A stretch of 64,000 bases of DNA from Candidatus Thorarchaeota archaeon (GTDB lineage Archaea > Asgardarchaeota > Thorarchaeia > Thorarchaeales > Thorarchaeaceae), in assembly GCA_019057475.1 (NCBI GenBank), contig DXJO01000020.1, positions 113,412 through 177,411 of the forward strand. The letters run 5' to 3'. The notes under the pieces are model-generated. The model saw nothing but the letters and a program-made list of their open reading frames with translations, was not told the origin of the DNA and searched no databases. The translations under genes and the position numbers were made by a program. This document shows positions 29,255 through 38,541 of the stretch, one piece after another. How positions within the stretch are numbered: the stretch's first letter is position 1; each line of letters starts with the position of its first letter.

Positions 29255-32200
29255 GTGACCGAGTCTGAGCCTAGCCTACCAAAGCATAGCATCCACTATG
29301 CCCGCTACTTCGCTGCACTGAATAAAGAGGTCAAAAGAATCTATGCAGTCGCAGAGAGTGCAAGGGCGAAGGGCGTTGACCCCACAACAGTTGTTGAGAT
29401 TCCGCCAGCGTATGATGTAGCTGCTCGTGTTGAAGCTACACTTGACGGCCCTGTTGGCGTAGCAAAGCGAATTCGAGAGCTGCAGAAAGACAAAAAGCGC
29501 TCAAGAGAAGAGGTAGCCTTTGCTGTCGCCAAAGAGATTGCCACAGGGAATCTAGGTGGCATCACAGACCATGAAAAGGCTGCAGACAAAGCCGTACGAG
29601 TGGCTCTGGCGATACTTACCGAGAGCATTACTGCTGCTCCAATTGAAGGAATCTCAAAAGTTCGAATTAGGGGCGCGGGTTCAGATCAATACCTTGCCAT
29701 CTATCTCGCGGGGCCTATACGGGCTGCTGGCGGTACAGAGGCCGCCATGACGGTTCTAGTTGCAGACTATGTACGGCAGGTGTTAGATCTTCCAGCATTC
29801 AAGGCTACTGAGGAGGAAGTCGAGAGATCTCTGGAAGAGGTTGAGCTCTATGCACGAGCAGTGCATCTTCAGTATCCAGTGCAGCTTGACCTTTTACGAC
29901 TAGCAGCCTCGAAACTACCAATAATGCTGACGGGGGAACCAACGGAGGAGTTCGAGGTATCGGGCAGTCGCGATTTGGATCGAATAGAAACCAACCGTGT
30001 TAGAGGTGGGGCAGTTCTAGTACTCAATGACGGAGTCGTTGGGAGGGCTGCCAAGCTCGCCAAGATTGTGAACGGATTGGAGATGCCTGGGTGGGAGTGG
30101 CTCAATGAGTTAGCTGAAAAAACCAGCAAGGCCGAGTCATCAGAGGATGAATCAGAGGAGAAGAAACTGGCTCCGAAATCCGAGTATCTAGCAGATGTGA
30201 TTGGCGGCCGCCCGGTGTTTTCACATCCATCACGAATTGGTGGTTTCAGATTGAGATATGGCCGGTCTCGCAACACAGGATTGGCAGGGGTGGGCGTACA
30301 TCCTGCTACGATGTTCTTGGCTGACGAGTTCTTGGCTCCTGGGACTCACATCCGAACAGAGCGTCCCGGTAAAGGCTCCATAGTGTCCCCCGTAGACACC
30401 ATCGAAGGCCCTACGGTACTTCTTCGAGATGGAACAGTTAAGCAGGTATTTACTGCTGAAGAGGCATGCAGGCTTCAAGATAAGACCGAACGCATAATCT
30501 TTCTTGGCGATATATTGGTTGCACTTGGCGAGTTTCTTGAGAACAATCACCCACTCGTTCCATCGGGGTATTGCGAAGAATGGTGGTCACACGATCTCGA
30601 CAAAGCACTCATGAAACTCAAAAAATCTGAGGTCGAACAACGCCTTTCAGGCTCGGACATCACCGCCAGTGATTTATCCGGATTTATCAGCAACCCTCTC
30701 TCAAGTATCCCCTCACCAGAACAAGCACTTCATCTGGCAATGTCATTTAGGGTGCCACTTCACCCTAGGTATCTCTATCGTTGGCTTGCGTTGAATGGTG
30801 AGGAAATATCGGATCTTAGGACTTGGCTTTTGAAGAATAAGAGGATAGAGAGAACCTCCCAAAACAGCCGCATAGTCCTTCCAAATGATGCACGATACAA
30901 AGAGCTACTCACAAGAGCAGGTATCCCTCATTCTCTGAATGAAGACCGTAGTATGATTTGCATCACAGATAGCCCCGCAACAGTTCTAGCGCAATTGGGT
31001 GACAAACGCAAATCCCCCAAGGGAAGTAACGCTCTTGAGGCTCTCAATTCTTGCACGAAAATCGAGCTTAGGGATAAATTGGGGTTCTCGATAGGGGCAA
31101 GAATGGGTCGGCCTGAGAAGGCTGAAGAACGCAAGATGAAGCCTCCTGTTCACGTGTTGTTCCCGGTAGGACGAGCTCTATCAAGCGAACGACGAGTGGA
31201 ACGCATTGCCAAAAGCAACGAACACACATCAACACAATGCACCTTCGATGCTGATGGCACGGTTATGGAACCCGCTCTGGGGGGTTCAGGTGTACGGCTT
31301 GAAATGGTATCCAGAATCTGCACAGGATGTGGGCTTGAAACCTTTGAGTCCAAATGTCGCGAATGTGAGTCACATACTGAAGTCCAATCGTGGTGTTCGC
31401 ATGAAGAGTGTGGCAGGGCAGTGGATACCACCACTGGAGTGTGCCCCAATAAACATGACATGAATCTTATCCGCACCACGAAGACTATCTCTGTGGACTT
31501 CCAAGCGCTTTTGGAAGACATAAAGAAAGATCTTGGTGAGTCACAGACTTACAATCTTCGAGGAGTCCTAGGACTGACCAGCAATCATAAGGTGCCAGAA
31601 TATCTTGGAAAGGGAGTCTTGCGCGCCAAACATGATGTATACACTTACCGCGATGGCACAGCACGATTCGACGCCACTGATGCACCGCTGACTCACTTCA
31701 AACCCAGAGAGATTGGGGTTTCTGTGGGCCGTTTACATGAACTCGGATACAGAGCTGATTATCAAGGCGAGCCTCTGGTTTCAGATGAGCAGGTCATTGA
31801 GCTCATGGTTCAAGATTTGGTTGTCCCTGAAAATTGTGCGGACTACTTGGTTAATGTAGGCAATTTTGTAGATGATTGCCTTCAGCGAATCTATGGCTTG
31901 GACAGATACTACGGGTTCCGTAGTCGTGAGGCCATAATCGGACAGTTGGTGATTGGGCTTGCTCCTCACACATCTGCGGGGATAATTGGCAGAATAATTG
32001 GGTTTACAAATGCAAGCGTGTGCTATGCACATCCTTACTGGCATGCTGCAAAACGGAGAAACTGTGATGGTGACGAAGACGCCCTAATTCTAGTCCTTGA
32101 TGCACTCATCAACTTCTCTAAAGCTTATCTTCCAAGGGGCAGAGGTGGATTCATGGATGCTCCCCTTGTTCTGTCTGTAGTTCTAGACCCGACCGAGATT

Positions 32201-32818
32201 GATGATGAAGCTCACAACATGGAAGTCTGCAATCGATATCCTGCTCAGTTCTACAGTACGGCTGCTGAGGCGCAGCACCCTCGAGTGGTCGAGAGTCTCG
32301 TAGATATCGTGGCATCACGACTAGACAAAGAGGCACAATACGAGGGACTTGGCTTTACACATGACACGTCATCAATCGATGATGGTCCGCGCAACTCGAG
32401 ATACAAGACGCTAGGCAGTATGGTTGAGAAACTTGATGCACAGCTCAAGCTTGCGAAACTCATTGATGCAGTAGACTCGCAGGATGTTGCAGAACGTGTG
32501 CTTTCACATCATTTCATTCGTGATATCAGGGGAAATCTTCGGGCATACTCAACGCAGAAAATACAATGCCTGAAGTGTCACAGAGTATACAGAAGAGTTC
32601 CACTCTCCGGTTCTTGTGTCTGTGGCGCGAAGCTCTCACTCACTGTGAGGCAGAAGAATATCTCAAAGTACCTGACTATAGCCCAGCGGTTGATTCGTGA
32701 ACATGGACTCGGACAGTACCTACAACAACGCCTTAATCTGATTAACTCATCTTTGGACTCGATGTTCGTATCCGAACAGACATCTCTGTCTGAACAAGCT
32801 TCTCAAGCCAGCCTGTAA
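29255..32818 (+). CDS. polC: DNA polymerase D large subunit DP2 (no intein)
   Basis: AGPIRAAGGT, GFRLRYGRSR, KRRNCDGDED uninterrupted, C-terminal Zn finger. Confidence 0.97.
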   Translation: MTESEPSLPKHSIHYARYFAALNKEVKRIYAVAESARAKGVDPTTVVEIPPAYDVAARVEATLDGPVGVAKRIRELQKDKKRSREEVAFAVAKEIATGNLGGITDHEKAADKAVRVALAILTESITAAPIEGISKVRIRGAGSDQYLAIYLAGPIRAAGGTEAAMTVLVADYVRQVLDLPAFKATEEEVERSLEEVELYARAVHLQYPVQLDLLRLAASKLPIMLTGEPTEEFEVSGSRDLDRIETNRVRGGAVLVLNDGVVGRAAKLAKIVNGLEMPGWEWLNELAEKTSKAESSEDESEEKKLAPKSEYLADVIGGRPVFSHPSRIGGFRLRYGRSRNTGLAGVGVHPATMFLADEFLAPGTHIRTERPGKGSIVSPVDTIEGPTVLLRDGTVKQVFTAEEACRLQDKTERIIFLGDILVALGEFLENNHPLVPSGYCEEWWSHDLDKALMKLKKSEVEQRLSGSDITASDLSGFISNPLSSIPSPEQALHLAMSFRVPLHPRYLYRWLALNGEEISDLRTWLLKNKRIERTSQNSRIVLPNDARYKELLTRAGIPHSLNEDRSMICITDSPATVLAQLGDKRKSPKGSNALEALNSCTKIELRDKLGFSIGARMGRPEKAEERKMKPPVHVLFPVGRALSSERRVERIAKSNEHTSTQCTFDADGTVMEPALGGSGVRLEMVSRICTGCGLETFESKCRECESHTEVQSWCSHEECGRAVDTTTGVCPNKHDMNLIRTTKTISVDFQALLEDIKKDLGESQTYNLRGVLGLTSNHKVPEYLGKGVLRAKHDVYTYRDGTARFDATDAPLTHFKPREIGVSVGRLHELGYRADYQGEPLVSDEQVIELMVQDLVVPENCADYLVNVGNFVDDCLQRIYGLDRYYGFRSREAIIGQLVIGLAPHTSAGIIGRIIGFTNASVCYAHPYWHAAKRRNCDGDEDALILVLDALINFSKAYLPRGRGGFMDAPLVLSVVLDPTEIDDEAHNMEVCNRYPAQFYSTAAEAQHPRVVESLVDIVASRLDKEAQYEGLGFTHDTSSIDDGPRNSRYKTLGSMVEKLDAQLKLAKLIDAVDSQDVAERVLSHHFIRDIRGNLRAYSTQKIQCLKCHRVYRRVPLSGSCVCGAKLSLTVRQKNISKYLTIAQRLIREHGLGQYLQQRLNLINSSLDSMFVSEQTSLSEQASQASL

Positions 32819-32823
32819 TATCC

Positions 32824-33675
32824 CTATTCGACCTCGGTTGCTAGCCCCAACAAATCGCGATCATCTATTATGCCAATAAGATTGCCTGCGGCTGAAAGCA
32901 CCGGTGCTTGGTCAATGTCATTTTTCCTTAGTATTCGTACACATTCAGGAATGGTTGTGACTTCGGTTACATTGATTATGCTCTTGGTCATGACCTGTTC
33001 CACAGGAACATTGGGCAATTTCAAGAGTCTCTTGGTGACAATCAGAAAATCCTTGGAGGTCCAGCCCCATTCCACAGCTTGGTCAGTCCCGCTGTAGGTC
33101 TTGGATACATTCTCCTCGACTGTGATCTCAGACAGTCGTATGTAATCGCTGACTGATATCACACCTGCGACTCCTCCGGCTTCGTTGACTACCACAAGCG
33201 CATGCTTCCCGGCCATCTCCATAATCATGTATGATAGGGGAAGAGGAGTCTGATCCCACACTGCAATGACTTGATGGTTAACAAAGTCTTCGATGCTCTT
33301 GTCGTCATATTCTCCGCTCTCTTCTAGTATTGCACCCAGAATGTCAGGTATGGACACAAGCCCCACGAGCTTGTCCTTATCCACCACAGGTAATCTCCTG
33401 TACTTCTTGTCCCGCATGAGCTTGGCTGCCGTCTTCACATTAGTTCTAGGTGTGACAGTGTCCGGGTCTCTTACCATGAGCATGGCAAGCTGGTTCTCGT
33501 CTGCTTTCCGCAAGAGGTCTGTTCTTGTGACTATTCCCACAAGGGTTTTGGTCCCTTTCTTCACGATAGGGAGTCCGTTGATTTGTTTCTCTGCCATGAG
33601 TAGCAGGACATCTTCTCTGGTGCCTGGTACTGATACGAAGACCACGTCTTTCTGCATGCAGTCTGCGACTTTCAT
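32824..33675 (-). CDS. Four-CBS-domain protein
   Basis: Repeated LPIV/LPVV...GIVT/GLVS CBS motifs. Confidence 0.88.
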   Translation of the reverse strand: MKVADCMQKDVVFVSVPGTREDVLLLMAEKQINGLPIVKKGTKTLVGIVTRTDLLRKADENQLAMLMVRDPDTVTPRTNVKTAAKLMRDKKYRRLPVVDKDKLVGLVSIPDILGAILEESGEYDDKSIEDFVNHQVIAVWDQTPLPLSYMIMEMAGKHALVVVNEAGGVAGVISVSDYIRLSEITVEENVSKTYSGTDQAVEWGWTSKDFLIVTKRLLKLPNVPVEQVMTKSIINVTEVTTIPECVRILRKNDIDQAPVLSAAGNLIGIIDDRDLLGLATEVE

Positions 33676-33832
33676 TGTTGATATTACTCCGGTACAAGAT
33701 ATAGAGTGTCATTGAACCTGCTAATTCTTGTTGGACAATTGAGATGTCTAGCCTCAACGACAGAACAAGAATAGGCTCTCTGCTGACCTTTTATGTCTAT
33801 CTTTCATTTTAAAATGTTCATCTTTGGACACG

Positions 33833-34393
33833 CTACCAAGGGTTCTTCTTTAGCCCCAGTAGGTAGCTGCCTGCATTGCTCACCCAGTGAATGACGAGGG
33901 TTATGAGAATAAGAATTGCGGGATACACTGGATTTGGCTGTAGGAATGGAGCAGCAAGAATCAACGCCATCAGTACAAACCCGAGCTGATCAAGCATTGG
34001 CGATGGCGCGCCACTATGGAGATTGACTCGCCTTTTTAGAAATGAACCTACCAAATCACCAAGCAGAGCGCCAATCGACAATATCAGGGCGATTGAAACG
34101 CCTGAGAAGAGAATGGTTTCCATGCCTTGTGTCACCGCAAGATACTGCACCATATGCGATTTAACATATGGGGCAGCGATTGATTGTGCAACTCCGGTAA
34201 AAACACCGAAAATAATCCCTGAAGTAAATCCTCTGATAGTCTTGCCGTCCCCGAGAATCCTGTTGCCATCCCTGAACAGTAGCCCAGCGTCCATTGGTCT
34301 TCTTCCGCCAAAGATAACTGGAGTGGCATTGGCAACCCACGCTGGCAAGCCGAGCCATAGGGCGAGTCCAACTAGGGCAAGTTCCTCATACAT
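33833..34393 (-). CDS. carS: CDP-archaeol synthase
   Basis: PAWVANATP, GDGKT, GDLVGSFLKRR, LDQLGF, KKNPW. Confidence 0.93.
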   Translation of the reverse strand: MYEELALVGLALWLGLPAWVANATPVIFGGRRPMDAGLLFRDGNRILGDGKTIRGFTSGIIFGVFTGVAQSIAAPYVKSHMVQYLAVTQGMETILFSGVSIALILSIGALLGDLVGSFLKRRVNLHSGAPSPMLDQLGFVLMALILAAPFLQPNPVYPAILILITLVIHWVSNAGSYLLGLKKNPW

Positions 34394-35139
34394 CAGCGTT
34401 GCTCCTGTGTCAGACTCTCTTCTGGTTCCATTTCACTGTTTTCTTCTGTGCTGCGCTCTGCTGTGAATCCTTTCATAGCAAGATACATCACACTCTTCGA
34501 GGGCTCGCCTTCAGGTACCAGTCTCTCCACGATTCTTTCTGCTCTGCCACGCCCGACTTTCAATCGTATGGAATAGTCCTCATAAAACTCCATGATGTTT
34601 CGGGCGACGGGTTCGAATCCTTGTGATTCATCCATTCGTCCCCTTACTTGATTCAATACCATCACAGCCATGTTTCGTTCCTTTGCAAGTCCCTTCAGGA
34701 CGCCCATCTGTGTATTCAGTTCTCGATGTGCTGCGTAGTTAATCTTCTTGTCTTCAAGGGCGGCTCTGTACAATCTTGTGAGAGTGTCGACAACAACCAG
34801 TCTTGTCCCCTCTCGCGAATAGAGGTCGAGGTCATCTATGAGTGTTCCCTGTTCGCTGAAGCTCTTAGGCGAAAGAATGGTCACTAGGCTCTCAATCTCA
34901 TCTAGTTTCTTATTCGTGATTTGCTCAAGTCTTTCGATTGGTGATGCCCCCTCAGAATTCACATAGACGGTTCCAACATCCAGACGACAAGCGGCGCTGA
35001 CAAAATGGAGTGCCAAGGTTGTCTTACCAGCTGCCGCTTCACCAAAGGCATGAGTCAGGCGTCCAGTGTGCAAGCCTCCATTAAGGATGAGGTCCAATGA
35101 GGAAACCCCTGTTGGAATAATCAATGCGGATTTCACCAT
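34393..35139 (-). CDS. radB: RadB-like recombination protein
   Basis: IPTG..SLD.IL.GG, GEAAAGKT, VVVD, NQVR; no N-terminal HhH domain. Confidence 0.8.
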   Translation of the reverse strand: MVKSALIIPTGVSSLDLILNGGLHTGRLTHAFGEAAAGKTTLALHFVSAACRLDVGTVYVNSEGASPIERLEQITNKKLDEIESLVTILSPKSFSEQGTLIDDLDLYSREGTRLVVVDTLTRLYRAALEDKKINYAAHRELNTQMGVLKGLAKERNMAVMVLNQVRGRMDESQGFEPVARNIMEFYEDYSIRLKVGRGRAERIVERLVPEGEPSKSVMYLAMKGFTAERSTEENSEMEPEESLTQEQR

Positions 35140-35189
35140 CTGTAGATTCTATCTAAGAAGTCTTAAGGATACCCCAGTACGCGTATGTA

Positions 35190-35951
35190 ATGCCTCGCAG
35201 CGAAGTCGCAGTAGCAACAAGAAACCCTAAAACGCTCTATCTCATTATGGAGGTTCTCAAGAGCCTAGATCTGGATTTCGTGGTCTGTGAGCCTAGTGGT
35301 GCAGAGTGTCAGATTGCCAAGGTAATCATAACCACAAGTGACGAGGCAAAAGATCTAGACCCTGAACGAGTAGTCATTGTAGAAGATGATTTTAATGAAG
35401 ACTCCATGGTGATTGCTCTGATGCTCCACCTTCTGGACATAAAAAAACCCACAAGCATTGTTGTTGGGATTGATCCCGGACTGCGATTCGGGTTGGCCCT
35501 GGTCATAGACGGCAACGTAGTTCGGACCAAGATATCCTCCTCACCGGCCAAGGCTGCCCGTTTCACCTTGCGCTGGTTGGCAGCAGTCAACGAAAGCTTC
35601 TCTCAGGAGCCCGTGATACGAGTTGGTACTGGATCCAGCATGTTTACAGCACTCTTTCTTCGAGAAATCACTCCTCATGTAGACAGCACTTCACTGGAGC
35701 TGGTTAACGAAGAGAATACCACAAAGGTTGGTGAATCGGACAAGTCATCTGCTATTCTGATTGCCATGCGTAAAGGTCGGCCGTTGAAAGAATCGGATGA
35801 TATCTTTGAAATCCGGGAAAGCCATGTGCAATCGCTGAAACATTTGGTTCTTGATATCACCAATGGCACCAAACGTATTTCCACAGCTGATGCACAAGCA
35901 GTACTGCTGGGCGACAAATCATTTGAATGGCTACTGGGCACCACTAGCTAG
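35190..35951 (+). CDS. Hypothetical protein with RNase H-fold (YqgF-like) domain
   Basis: VVGIDPG..FGLA, RVGTG, VNEENTT, D..AI.IA. Confidence 0.65.
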   Translation: MPRSEVAVATRNPKTLYLIMEVLKSLDLDFVVCEPSGAECQIAKVIITTSDEAKDLDPERVVIVEDDFNEDSMVIALMLHLLDIKKPTSIVVGIDPGLRFGLALVIDGNVVRTKISSSPAKAARFTLRWLAAVNESFSQEPVIRVGTGSSMFTALFLREITPHVDSTSLELVNEENTTKVGESDKSSAILIAMRKGRPLKESDDIFEIRESHVQSLKHLVLDITNGTKRISTADAQAVLLGDKSFEWLLGTTS

Positions 35952-37876
35952 TCGCTGAAGAAGGCTTCCACCTGTTGAGCCACCATGTCTGGGCTGTCAG
36001 GCATCACTTGTGTAACCTCATCTAACCATTTGGGCATAAATCGTCGGAGGTAACTTGTTGCAAATCGTTGATCCAAGAGAATAATGACTCCGCGGTCTTC
36101 GAGTCGCCGAACTGGCCGGCCAGCCGCCTGAACCGCTCGAGTCATTGATGGTAGGACATAGGCATAGTCCCTTCCTCTGCGATTAAAGCGCTTATCGAAG
36201 TACTGAATCAGTGCATCCGTTCGAGGGGTTGGTCTAGCATAAGGCACCCCCACAACGATGACACTCTCCATTGTAGAACTTGGGAAGTCACCTCCCTCGG
36301 AGTTGCGCCCTCCTTGCACTCCCAATAGGACGGCACCTCCCATATCACCTCTTGCTTTGAATTCCTCTATCAGGGTGTCGTTGTCACTGGTCTTCATCCC
36401 TTGCTTCTCTAAATAGAGCTTCTTCCGCAGCCTCTTCTCCAAGCCTGCTCTGAGCAGGGCACCCCCTACAGCATAGCTTGTGGTGAAAATGCCAGTGTTG
36501 CCTGGCGTAGCGTGAGCAACAGCAACACAGTGATCAACCATGCGACTGAATAGCGCATCAGACCGTGTCTTGTAGGAAGTACCCACCCCCTCAACAATCA
36601 TCGCCAACCTGTTTCGCTTAGCGAACGGATTATGGAATGTCAATTTAGCAGTTTCAGGACCAAACCCTATCATCTCGGAAAAGGCATCGAGGGGGGAGAG
36701 AGTCCCGGAGATTGCAACTGAACTACGCACCATTCTGAGTATTGGATTCGTGATTACAGTTGGGTCAAGTGCCACAAGATCAAGCGAAACTCTTCTACTC
36801 TCTCTACTAGCCTGAGCTGACGCAATCATGAACGTGTAGTCTTCTCGTTCAGAATATTCAACCCACTTCAGCATGAAATCAGCAACTCTGTGAATTGTAG
36901 ACCTAGGGAATTTCCCAGCCTTCAGAAGACCTCGTCGTATACTTGCTCCCATGTCTTTCATGTGCGATATGACTTCGTCTTCCGGTTCCATTCCAGCCTC
37001 CATAATCGCAATCTCAAAGATGACCTCTGGATCCACCATCTTCTCATCATCTTCTTTCATCTCTGCTGAATGCTCTAGGATGACTTTTGCAAGTTCTCTG
37101 CAGAAGTCCTTGGAAATGGTATCGTGGTAAGTCGTCGCCTCACGGATGGCCTGTCTCACCGTTCCCACGGATAGCGAGTCGCTAGCAGAACTTAGAGCTG
37201 TAGACGGTATATTGTGCGCTTCATCTTGAATCAAAACGACCCTTCCAAGAGGGGTTTCAAGTTCGGGTATGAACGCTTCCATAACAAAAGGGTCAAACAC
37301 GTAGAGGTAGGAGAGAGCTACAACATCAACGACCTTGGCGAGCTTCTTGGCCAGTTCGTATGGGCAGAAAGTACGCTTCTTGGCGACTCTCACTATGTCC
37401 GGCGCCGTGAGGACCCCTGAGGGCATAATGTCAAGAACACTCGCAGAATTCACTGCTTTCTTTGTTCTCTCGTAGTATGCGCACTTTCCTGTTGCCTTTA
37501 GCTGTCCACATACCTCACTGATGGGCGCGAAAAAGCCAGCATTCTCAAGAACGAAAGGATTGAGACACATATGGCGCCTTCCTCTGAAAGAAACTCCAGT
37601 TACGCATTGCTTCTTTGATATTGCGTCAAGCTCTTCCATGACACGATCTAGCTGTCTATGCGTCCGTGCGCAATAGAGCACTTTTCCATTGTTTTCCAAA
37701 ACCCATGGTAGAACTCCACATAATGTCACGCAAGTCTTTCCAAATCCATTTGGCGCCTCACAGACAATATCGTGCCCGCTTCTGACCTTGTCGCTAATCT
37801 GATTCATCATGTCCTCTTGGCCGTTACGAGGTTCATCATATGGAAAGAAGTCCATTGGAGCGGGTTGTTCAGTCAT
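35948..37876 (-). CDS. xpd: XPD/Rad3-family Fe-S DNA helicase
   Basis: EAPNGFGKT, four Fe-S Cys, DEAHN, SGTL, SEGGDF, QAAGRPVR. Confidence 0.92.
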   Translation of the reverse strand: MTEQPAPMDFFPYDEPRNGQEDMMNQISDKVRSGHDIVCEAPNGFGKTCVTLCGVLPWVLENNGKVLYCARTHRQLDRVMEELDAISKKQCVTGVSFRGRRHMCLNPFVLENAGFFAPISEVCGQLKATGKCAYYERTKKAVNSASVLDIMPSGVLTAPDIVRVAKKRTFCPYELAKKLAKVVDVVALSYLYVFDPFVMEAFIPELETPLGRVVLIQDEAHNIPSTALSSASDSLSVGTVRQAIREATTYHDTISKDFCRELAKVILEHSAEMKEDDEKMVDPEVIFEIAIMEAGMEPEDEVISHMKDMGASIRRGLLKAGKFPRSTIHRVADFMLKWVEYSEREDYTFMIASAQASRESRRVSLDLVALDPTVITNPILRMVRSSVAISGTLSPLDAFSEMIGFGPETAKLTFHNPFAKRNRLAMIVEGVGTSYKTRSDALFSRMVDHCVAVAHATPGNTGIFTTSYAVGGALLRAGLEKRLRKKLYLEKQGMKTSDNDTLIEEFKARGDMGGAVLLGVQGGRNSEGGDFPSSTMESVIVVGVPYARPTPRTDALIQYFDKRFNRRGRDYAYVLPSMTRAVQAAGRPVRRLEDRGVIILLDQRFATSYLRRFMPKWLDEVTQVMPDSPDMVAQQVEAFFSD

Positions 37877-37991
37877 GAAGATTCCACCGAAATCAGCAGT
37901 GCTACTATTGATAACGATGTTGCTTGGCTTGCATGAATTCGCCGCACATCATACCTGTTTATTACCTCATTGAGCATTATGGCATCCGGCG

Positions 37992-38342
37992 ATGGAAATG
38001 AGTCTGGATGATATCAGGGAATTCGAATCCGCGTTTTCACAGGGCAAGCTTAGGGGTAGAGTAATTGACCTTGAGAATGGCATACTGCTTCTCTTGTCTG
38101 ACTCAGAAAGGTTCCGAATTTCTCTTTCGGCTGTGGCAATTCCGCCGGCTCATGGACGTAAAGAGCCCGTTTCCACTGGTTTTCTCTCGACGGGTCTAGA
38201 CGCAACGCTTGTACGCACTATAGCCGAGAGAGTTGCAGCATGGACCAATCAGACCTGCATGCTAGTCATCGCGGTGAATGGTCTGAACAGGGAACTGATG
38301 ATGGAAATCATTGCAATCCTGAAGAACTACCTTGTGACATAA
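37992..38342 (+). CDS. Hypothetical protein, possible PAC4-like proteasome assembly chaperone
   Basis: Pattern SLSAVAIP...STGFL...IAERVA..TNQ resembles PAC4/PSMG4 (by eye). Confidence 0.5.
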   Translation: MEMSLDDIREFESAFSQGKLRGRVIDLENGILLLLSDSERFRISLSAVAIPPAHGRKEPVSTGFLSTGLDATLVRTIAERVAAWTNQTCMLVIAVNGLNRELMMEIIAILKNYLVT

Positions 38343-38541
38343 GATGTTCAGCAATCTCGCGTACCCACATACCCGTTTCATCTAGTTCGTGCACGCGATT
38401 CAGGTACTCTTTCCAGTCTATCTCAAATGCGCGTTTCCAATCATCGAACGTAGCCCGCAGGTTATCAAGCGCGTGTCTGTGGTAAATACAGAGCTCTGAG
38501 TCCTCTGCAACTTCACGACCGCATACCGAACACACATTCAC
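38308..38541 (-). CDS. Small Zn-binding hypothetical protein
   Basis: CSVC...CIYH; coupled to topA stop. Confidence 0.7.
   Translation of the reverse strand: MNVCSVCGREVAEDSELCIYHRHALDNLRATFDDWKRAFEIDWKEYLNRVHELDETGMWVREIAEHLMSQGSSSGLQ

Noticed and set aside
32040-32080. Intein at the DP2 KRRN/CDGDED site
   Set aside because: Motif is contiguous and the protein is normal length
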